From: Saprospirales bacterium
GTDB lineage: Bacteria > Bacteroidota > Bacteroidia > Chitinophagales > Saprospiraceae
Direction of reading: 5' to 3'
Length of the DNA: 64,000 nucleotides
Assembly (NCBI GenBank): GCA_007695145.1
Contig: REEI01000089.1
Location: forward strand, 9,084-73,083
A program made the position numbers and the translations under genes. The stretch's first letter is position 1. The number at the start of each line of letters is the position of its first letter. The notes beneath the pieces were generated by a model. It was not told the DNA's origin and did not search any database. It saw nothing but the letters and a program-made list of their open reading frames with translations. Positions 57,104 to 64,000 of this stretch are shown here, piece by piece.

Positions 57104-57547
57104 ATGACTTTTTCTATGAAAATTGCCGGAATAGTAACCTTCATTGCAGTGCTTTTCTTGTTCTCGCAAGGAGTTGAAGCCCAAACTGGTCCTGTTATGA
57201 CCTTCGAATCCACCACCGTTGATTACGGTACAATCGAAAGAGGGAGCGAGAGAATTAGAACAGTGACTTTCACCAATACAGGTGACGAGCCGCTTTTGAT
57301 TACCAATGCTCGCGGTAGTTGCGGATGTACGGTTCCGGATTGGCCAAAAGAACCTATCCAACCCGGTGAGTCGGGCGAATTCTCCATCAACTATGACACC
57401 AATCGCCTCGGAAATATCAACCGAACCATCAGAGTAACGACCAATGAAAGTGGAGACCCGCATGTATTACTCGTCAGAGGAAATGTGGTAGCGAAAAAAG
57501 AAGCAGAGTCTCTACCTAAAAGAGATAGTGGAATTTTTGACAACTAA
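57104..57547 (+). CDS. DUF1573 domain secreted protein
   Basis: Signal peptide, then F....VDYGTI..G......F.F.N.G..PL.I......CGCT.P.W.K.PI.PGE.G.I...Y. Confidence 0.82.
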   Translation: MTFSMKIAGIVTFIAVLFLFSQGVEAQTGPVMTFESTTVDYGTIERGSERIRTVTFTNTGDEPLLITNARGSCGCTVPDWPKEPIQPGESGEFSINYDTNRLGNINRTIRVTTNESGDPHVLLVRGNVVAKKEAESLPKRDSGIFDN

Positions 57548-57592
57548 GTTGTGTTTTCATAATTATTTTTTAAAGTGTGAATTAAAGTAGTA

Positions 57593-57620
57593 GGCCGTGT
57601 ACTTTCCACGGCCTTTTTTT
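57593..57620 (+). terminator. Rho-independent terminator after the DUF1573 gene
   Basis: GGCCGTG-TACTTTC-CACGGCC followed by T7. Confidence 0.8.
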
Positions 57621-57805
57621 ATTCCTGTCCTACTGTTGGTTTCCAATGATCAACTCTCTTCGAAATAAGCGGTTGACAATCTGACATTATCTTTTGTATT
57701 CCCTGAGCAACTTTCTTTAAGAAAGACATTAACTAAGTGACTTTAGCTTAAATTCTTTAAACTACAGACCATTTTATTGGTTGGAATTGAATAAAACAAT
57801 CAACT

Positions 57806-58576
57806 ATGCTTGCTATTCTGTCTCCTGCAAAGACCATGAAGTTCGATTATCAATCTGAGCACTTGAATACAAAAATGCCGGAATTCATCTCAGAGGCCTC
57901 CAGATTGGTTAAAGAACTTAAAAAATATTCGAAACCGGAATTGATGAAGCTGATGTCCATCAGTGAAAAACTTGCTGAACTCAATACAGAGCGATTTAAA
58001 AATTTCAAAGGTACGGATCAGGCAGCAGAAAAATCAGCTGCAATTTTTGCTTTCAGAGGAGACGTTTATCTCGGCTTGGATGCTGTCTCGCTCAGAAATG
58101 CAGATCTACAACGGATCGCTAACCATTTAAGAATATTATCAGGGCTTTATGGTCTGCTGGAGCCAGGTGACCTTATTGAGCCTTATCGTTTAGAAATGGG
58201 TACCTCTATAAAAATTGGGAAAAGTGATCATCTCTACCAGTTTTGGGGAAATAAATTAACCAAAGCGCTCCAAAGAGCTCTGGAAAACACTGGGTCAAAA
58301 TATATAGCGAATCTTGCTTCCAATGAGTATAGTAAAGCAATAGACCATCAACAATTTAAAGAAAGGTGGATTGATGTGGACTTCAGGGAAATGAGAGGGG
58401 GAAAATTGAGATTCATTTCCTTCAATGCAAAAAAAGCAAGGGGAATGATGGCCCGTTACATCATTCAAAATCAATGTAGAGAAGTTGAGGAACTCAAAGG
58501 GTTCAATGAGGGATCTTATATTTTTGACAAGAAGGGGTCTGAATCCAATAAGCTTCTTTTTGTAAAGCCGGAATAA
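57806..58576 (+). CDS. yaaA: Peroxide stress protein YaaA (UPF0246/DUF328)
   Basis: The N-terminal MLAILSPAKTM is diagnostic. Length is 256 aa. Confidence 0.92.
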   Translation: MLAILSPAKTMKFDYQSEHLNTKMPEFISEASRLVKELKKYSKPELMKLMSISEKLAELNTERFKNFKGTDQAAEKSAAIFAFRGDVYLGLDAVSLRNADLQRIANHLRILSGLYGLLEPGDLIEPYRLEMGTSIKIGKSDHLYQFWGNKLTKALQRALENTGSKYIANLASNEYSKAIDHQQFKERWIDVDFREMRGGKLRFISFNAKKARGMMARYIIQNQCREVEELKGFNEGSYIFDKKGSESNKLLFVKPE

Positions 58577-58591
58577 TACTATATTTGCAGG

Positions 58592-61012
58592 GTGAGTAAG
58601 TTGCTAAAGTCGGTTTTATGGTTCCTCGCCCTGGTTTTGTATCTATTGGCGGCTAGTTTCAATTGGGTAAACCTACCACCTCTTGGATTCTTTCTCTCCC
58701 CCAATGAGGGGTTTTGGCAAAATGCAGATCCACTAACGGAATTTGAAATAACCGAACAATTTGATGGTCTTAGAGAGGAAGTTAAAATCCTTTATGACCA
58801 TAGAGGTGTACCCCATATTTTTGCCGGGAATATCAGTGACGCAACTTTTGCCCTTGGATATTTGCATGCAAGGGATAGATACTTTCAAATGGATTTCACA
58901 TCCCGGGCAGCTACCGGAAGGCTTTCAGAAATTATCGGTACTACCGGCATTCCCTATGACAGAGAAATGAGAAAAAAAGGGATGGGCCTGATGACTGAAA
59001 ACATTGCATCTCACTGGAATGAAAATCCTCCACATGTAAAAACCTATTTGGATCCCTATTTGGAAGGAGTCAATTTCTATCTGAGCACCCTTCAACGTAG
59101 GCGACTTCCTATTGAATTCAAACTCCTCAACTACGGCCCTACGGGATGGACTAGAGAAAACACTGCATCTATAATTAGTTTCCTCAACCATCAGTTGACC
59201 CTTCGCCATAGTGATAAAGAGGCAACCGAGGCACTGGAAAAACTAGGTCCTGATTTATTTTTTCAACTATTTCCAACTTACTTCGAGGATATACCCCCGG
59301 TAATACCCGATGATTGGAATCAGACTCCTGTTTTAACCGGGAGTACCGTAAGATCAGGTGCACAAGTAGAAAATTTATCTGCGATAGAGCGATTCACCAT
59401 TCCACCAAAGGGTTTGGGAAGCAATAACTGGGCGGTGGGGCCCAGTCGAACCATTGATGGAAGCGTGTTTGTGGCAAACGATCCTCACCTGTCATTGACC
59501 CTTCCTTCTATTTGGTACGAATGCCATATAGTAACACCGGAAATCAACCAGTATGGATTCAGCATCCCAGGTGTACCAATCATTTACCTGGGCATCAACC
59601 AATCAAATGCCATAGGCACTACCAACGTAGGGATGGATTACCTCGATTACTACAAAATCAGCTGGAAGGATGATAGCAGAACTATCTATATCATAGACGG
59701 CAATGAATATGAGCTGAAGTGGAGAAGAGAAGTCATTGATGTAAGAGGCAAAAATTCTTTACATGACAGCATGCCAATAACCCCTTTTGGCCACATGCCC
59801 TTTTACAGCGAAAGTGACCATCCCCTCAGTGATTATGCGGTCAACTGGAGGGCTATTCAACCCCAAGAAGACCAATTAAAAGCGCTATCTCATCACCACA
59901 GAATTCAATCTGTAGAAGAATTTACAGCTATGGCGGGTCTTTTATCCGACCCTCCCCAGAATCTCGTTTATGGGGACAACAATGGAAATATCGCTTTAAT
60001 CATAACTGGAAACCTTCCACTTAGAGAGACTCCCTTTGATGGAGCCTTCTTGAGAGAGGGAAACACCTTTAGCAACTTACTTTCGGCGAGTATACCGCCA
60101 AAACATGGACCAAGAGCAATCAATCCTGAATCCGGATTTGTGGCTAGTGCCAATCAAATCAGCACTGGGCCGAATTTCCCCTATTACATGCTTGGGGATT
60201 TCAACCTGGATAGAGGGACTTATTTATTTAACGCCCTTGACAGCATGCAGACCATCGATCTTAGGGCGATGAAAGCCCTGCAAACAGACAATCGATCTCA
60301 GAAGGCAATCGAAATAACCAATGCTTTATTACCCATAATTAATACTTTATCACTTTCGGAAGCAGAATTGGAATGGTATCGAAAAATGGAACAATGGGAC
60401 CACCGATTTGAAAAAAACTCCGGAGAGGCTGTTTTTCTAAAAATTTGGGAAGAAGCTCTTCGCTCAATAGCATGGGAATCACTTAGAGATTCACTCGGAT
60501 CCGCAACATTAATTCCAAACTGGAAGAATACGATTCGATTAATTACTCAAAATCCGGACCAGCTGTTCTTTTTTAATAGTGATCCGGATGATCAAATCAA
60601 TGGGCACACCATTACATTGCATTCATTTAAAGAGGCGGTCAACCAAATCAACCAAATGGAGAGTGACAGCCCAGCTCTATGGGCTGAATATCGCCAGGCC
60701 TCTATTCCACATTTGGCGCGAATAGAAGCCTTTGGCCATCCATTTATCAATTCAGGTGGAACACGTTCAGCTCTCAATTCCATATACAGAAATACAGGTC
60801 CTTCCATGCGCATGATTGCCCGGTTTAAGGGTGATGAGAGGGAGTTTTATGTCTCCCTACCCGGAGGTTCAAGTGGCAACCCAGGAAATCGCTGGTACGA
60901 CAATCATCTTGAAAACTGGATTGAGGAGCGATACGAAAAAGTTTACATCGGAAAAAATCCTGATTTTATAAGACCGGGATCGGATGTAATCATTCGTCTT
61001 TTTCCTAAGTGA
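58592..61012 (+). CDS. Penicillin acylase family Ntn-hydrolase (penicillin amidase / acyl-homoserine-lactone acylase-like)
   Basis: N-terminal anchor/signal. The GLGSNNWAV block supplies the beta-chain N-terminal Ser nucleophile, followed by ANDPHL. Length is 806 aa. The start is GTG at 58592. Confidence 0.88.
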   Translation: MSKLLKSVLWFLALVLYLLAASFNWVNLPPLGFFLSPNEGFWQNADPLTEFEITEQFDGLREEVKILYDHRGVPHIFAGNISDATFALGYLHARDRYFQMDFTSRAATGRLSEIIGTTGIPYDREMRKKGMGLMTENIASHWNENPPHVKTYLDPYLEGVNFYLSTLQRRRLPIEFKLLNYGPTGWTRENTASIISFLNHQLTLRHSDKEATEALEKLGPDLFFQLFPTYFEDIPPVIPDDWNQTPVLTGSTVRSGAQVENLSAIERFTIPPKGLGSNNWAVGPSRTIDGSVFVANDPHLSLTLPSIWYECHIVTPEINQYGFSIPGVPIIYLGINQSNAIGTTNVGMDYLDYYKISWKDDSRTIYIIDGNEYELKWRREVIDVRGKNSLHDSMPITPFGHMPFYSESDHPLSDYAVNWRAIQPQEDQLKALSHHHRIQSVEEFTAMAGLLSDPPQNLVYGDNNGNIALIITGNLPLRETPFDGAFLREGNTFSNLLSASIPPKHGPRAINPESGFVASANQISTGPNFPYYMLGDFNLDRGTYLFNALDSMQTIDLRAMKALQTDNRSQKAIEITNALLPIINTLSLSEAELEWYRKMEQWDHRFEKNSGEAVFLKIWEEALRSIAWESLRDSLGSATLIPNWKNTIRLITQNPDQLFFFNSDPDDQINGHTITLHSFKEAVNQINQMESDSPALWAEYRQASIPHLARIEAFGHPFINSGGTRSALNSIYRNTGPSMRMIARFKGDEREFYVSLPGGSSGNPGNRWYDNHLENWIEERYEKVYIGKNPDFIRPGSDVIIRLFPK

Positions 61013-61535
61013 TGCTACCCGTTTAAATATCAGTTGCCGAATAAGTCAAGTTCCTCATGATGGGATAGCCAAGCTTGTTGAGTATAGGCCAATAATACCC
61101 CTGATTTCAGTATTTCTTTACGCCCGTATCTAAGAAACCTAATTCTTATTGGTACTGAATGCCAACTCGCATTGATTGGGTTATTCTTACTTTTCGTCTT
61201 GATGCTTTGACAATCTCAACACAAGTGCTTTCGGCAGACTGCAGCACAAGGACTTCTGCAAGCAAGTACAATTACCCTGATAAAACCCCAGCACAAAAAA
61301 TCAAGCCGGCAAGTATTTGGCTAAAAAAGTAAAGGGTGAAGGACCACGATCAGATTCTATGCATGATTGTATTAGGCTTAAGGGAAATTCAAGAGAAATA
61401 AACCCTTTATGTGTTTGGTGGCATTCATTTTTTCCTTTTCCACACCCTTAAAGCTTGACTTCCGAATTCACAAAATAGTCCTAAAACCGTCCATTTACTT
61501 CATCCAGAAGTGGAGACCTCAAAAAAATAATAAGC

Positions 61536-62612
61536 TCATGAGTTCGCACCCACACAATTCAGATCTTCAAAGGCCTGCTTAAGTCTGTCGATAAAGGTCT
61601 CTTCACCCTTTCTCAACCAAACTCTGGGATCATAGAATTTTTTGTTTGGCTTATCGTCTCCGTCTGGGTTGCCGATTTGAGCCTGAAGGTATGCCTCTTT
61701 ATCTTTATAGTAGTTTTTAACGCCATCCCAGAAAGCCCATTGAAGATCGGTGTCAATATTCATTTTTATAGCGCCATATGAAATGGCCTCTCGGATCTCC
61801 TCCCTGGATGAGCCCGAGCCCCCATGGAATACAAAATTAACAGGATTATCTTTCGTATTAAACTTTTCTTTAATGTAATCTTGAGAATTTTTTAAAATCT
61901 CCGGACGCAATTCAACATTTCCAGGTTTGTAGACCCCATGTACATTTCCAAATGCAGCAGCTACGGTGAATTTATCGCTTACATTCAGCAGCTTTTCATA
62001 CGCATAGGCAACTTCTTCAGGTTGGGTATAGAGTTTAGAACTATCAACACCTGTATTGTCAACTCCATCCTCTTCTCCGCCTGTTACCCCGAGTTCTATT
62101 TCCAGAGTCATTCCGATTTTGGACATCCTTTTGAGATAATCGACACAAGTATATATATTATCCTCAATGGGTTCCTCTGAGAGATCAAGCATATGGCTGC
62201 TATAAAGTGGGTAGCCGGTTCTGGAATAAAATTTTTCACTGGCTGATATCAATCCATCCACCCAGGGAAGAAGCTTCCTAGCACAGTGATCGGTATGCAA
62301 AATGACCGTAACTCCATAAGCTTCAGCCAGTGAGTGAACATGCATCGCACCAGAGATGCCGCCCAAAACAGCAGCTTTTTGATTGGAATTATCCAATCCT
62401 TTACCGGCAAAGAAAGAGGCGCCGCCATTACTAAACTGGATAATAACAGGGCTATTGAGGTCTCGGGCGGTCTGAAGAACAGAATTGATGGAGTTGGTTC
62501 CAATAACATTCACAGCCGGAAGGGCAAAATCATTTTCATTTGCATAATTTAAAAGATCAGTAACTTCTTGACCGTGCAATACCCCTTTTCTGAATCTGGT
62601 TCTATTTCCCAT
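61536..62612 (-). CDS. fbaA: Class II fructose-1,6-bisphosphate aldolase
   Basis: Motifs ILHTDHC, FGNVHGVY and FVFHGGSGS. Length is 358 aa (long class IIa form). Confidence 0.93.
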   Translation of the reverse strand: MGNRTRFRKGVLHGQEVTDLLNYANENDFALPAVNVIGTNSINSVLQTARDLNSPVIIQFSNGGASFFAGKGLDNSNQKAAVLGGISGAMHVHSLAEAYGVTVILHTDHCARKLLPWVDGLISASEKFYSRTGYPLYSSHMLDLSEEPIEDNIYTCVDYLKRMSKIGMTLEIELGVTGGEEDGVDNTGVDSSKLYTQPEEVAYAYEKLLNVSDKFTVAAAFGNVHGVYKPGNVELRPEILKNSQDYIKEKFNTKDNPVNFVFHGGSGSSREEIREAISYGAIKMNIDTDLQWAFWDGVKNYYKDKEAYLQAQIGNPDGDDKPNKKFYDPRVWLRKGEETFIDRLKQAFEDLNCVGANS

Positions 62613-62654
62613 GGCATTATTTTTTTTGTAAAGTTAACAAATTGTAGCTAAGCG

Positions 62655-63596
62655 TTAAATGATACCCTTTTCAGTGAGATATCTCTCTGCATCCAAAGCT
62701 GCCATACAACCCGTACCTGCAGCAGTAACAGCCTGCCGATATATCCTATCCTGAGCATCACCACTTGCATAAACACCTTCGACATTGGTTCTGGTTGATT
62801 TTCCTTTGGTCAGCAGGTAGCCAGAATCATCCATTTCAAGCCAATCTTTAAAAATTCCTGTATTGGGTGTGTGTCCAATAGCAACAAAAAAACCTTTAAC
62901 CGGTATGGTTTTCTTTTCACCCGATTTGTTGTTAAAAACTCTCACTGCTTCGACCTCCTCCTCTCCGATGATTTCCTCTGTTTCAGTATTCCAGTGGACA
63001 ATAATATTTTCTGACTTGAAGACTCTTTCCTGCATGATTTTTGAGGCGCGCATTTCATCTCTTCTTACAAAAAGATTGACTTCCGGGCACAATTTAGACA
63101 GATACAAAGCTTCTTCAGCTGCGGTATCACCACCACCTACCACAGCAACTTTCGTATCTTTAAAGAAAAACCCATCGCAAACAGCGCAGGCTGACACCCC
63201 TCTATTCATAAATTTCTTTTCCGATTCCAATCCGAGCCACTTTGCACTTGCACCGGTGGATATTATAATGGAGTGGGCATGAATTTCTTTTCCTCCCTCT
63301 GTCCAAACTTTGTGCACAGGGCCGGTAAAATCAACTTTAACCACTGTATCATAATTAACCTCAGTACCAAATCGTTCGGCTTGTTTTCTAAAGTCATCCA
63401 TCATCTCAGGACCTTTAACACCGTCGGGATATCCGGGATAATTTTCGACATCTGTTGTAATCATCAATTGTCCTCCAGGCTCTAATCCGGTGTACAAAAC
63501 AGGGTCCATATTGGCTCTAGCTGCATATATTGCAGCTGTATAACCGGCTGGTCCGGAACCAATAATCAGGGTTTTGTGAATTTTTTGCTCACTCAT
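62655..63596 (-). CDS. trxB: Thioredoxin-disulfide reductase
   Basis: Motifs GSGPAGYTAAIYAARA, redox CAVCDG, VVGGGDTAAEEA and GDAQD. Confidence 0.95.
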   Translation of the reverse strand: MSEQKIHKTLIIGSGPAGYTAAIYAARANMDPVLYTGLEPGGQLMITTDVENYPGYPDGVKGPEMMDDFRKQAERFGTEVNYDTVVKVDFTGPVHKVWTEGGKEIHAHSIIISTGASAKWLGLESEKKFMNRGVSACAVCDGFFFKDTKVAVVGGGDTAAEEALYLSKLCPEVNLFVRRDEMRASKIMQERVFKSENIIVHWNTETEEIIGEEEVEAVRVFNNKSGEKKTIPVKGFFVAIGHTPNTGIFKDWLEMDDSGYLLTKGKSTRTNVEGVYASGDAQDRIYRQAVTAAGTGCMAALDAERYLTEKGII

Positions 63597-63760
63597 ATTA
63601 TCTTAAATTTTAGTATATTTTATTGAATGGTTAATCCGATAAACTAACGCAACTGGTCGCAATTCCTTTCACCAGTTTTTTAAAAGGTGCAATATTACTA
63701 AAAACCTATTGGTTTATGCAGTAACTTTGAAGACAATTTGATCACAACTCTCCAACCGAT

Positions 63761-64000
63761 ATGGAATTAATGGCTGGCATTTATCCCTTCTTTTTCTTGC
63801 TGTCACTTCTTGGTCTGGTAGGATGGTTTTATTTTAGGGGCAGCAGTTTTACCGGACTGATGAGCAGAATGTTTCTTTTCTGCTTTATCATATACCTATT
63901 TGCACTTGCGCTCTCACCGGGTTCTGTAGGATTCAAACTTTTGATCCTATCGAGGGACTTTATTTTCATGGCATTTGTTGTAACCGCTTTTCAGTTTCTC
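63761..64000 (+). CDS. 5' part of a hypothetical multi-TM membrane protein (runs off window)
   Basis: From the ATG at 63761 there are 80 open codons to the window end, with 3 hydrophobic helices (MELMAGIYPFFFLLSLLGLVGWFYF...). It is not in the ORF track because no stop lies within the window. Confidence 0.45.
   Translation, partial: MELMAGIYPFFFLLSLLGLVGWFYFRGSSFTGLMSRMFLFCFIIYLFALALSPGSVGFKLLILSRDFIFMAFVVTAFQFL

Noticed and set aside
61013-61535. 523-bp intergenic region
   Set aside because: I scanned it for repeats, hairpins with U-tracts, tRNA-like arms and open frames and found nothing beyond AT-rich spacer.
1-64000. CRISPR arrays, rRNA and tRNA genes
   Set aside because: I found no regularly spaced direct repeats and no T-arm/acceptor-type signatures (such as GGTTCGAATCC) in any intergenic gap. 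A tRNAscan/Infernal run would be needed to be definitive.

Overview
This window looks like a mostly housekeeping stretch of a Bacteroidota-type chromosome. Lineage clues are T9SS C-terminal sorting domains, a CarboxypepD_reg-type TonB receptor, DUF1573, a fused E1 alpha/beta dehydrogenase, TIGR01784/Rpn remnants and a TTG-N20-TAnnTTTG promoter candidate. I can support about 45 intact CDS. They include dnaG, ung, rimO, msrB, an argB-argD-argC-argJ operon, an ABC-F ATPase, hppA, meaB, bcp, mgtC/mgtE, mutS2, mdh, fba and trxB, plus many secreted peptidases (S41, S9 x2, M23, M43 x2). By eye I found no rRNA, tRNA or CRISPR array. The only clearly accessory segment is 16996-19361, and it is a genetic scar. 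It holds a 5'-truncated RHS/YD-repeat pseudogene with an in-frame stop that abuts argJ. It also holds N- and C-terminal carcass pieces of an Rpn-family nuclease gene. Between those pieces sits an intact IS200-like Y1 (HUH) transposase gene with no tnpB. That gene is bracketed by small GC-rich hairpins and a 15-of-17 inverted repeat, an arrangement closer to RAYT/REP than to canonical IS200/IS605. This is the best candidate for something not routinely annotated. I did not find a convincing novel multi-gene system. The other findings are modest curiosities: an 850-bp ORF-free region, scattered B12-chaperone genes fused into odd operons, an ArgJ-type arginine route, an Fcy1-type cytosine deaminase and tandem M43 paralogs. 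All product calls rest on motifs read from the supplied translations. No database search was run.
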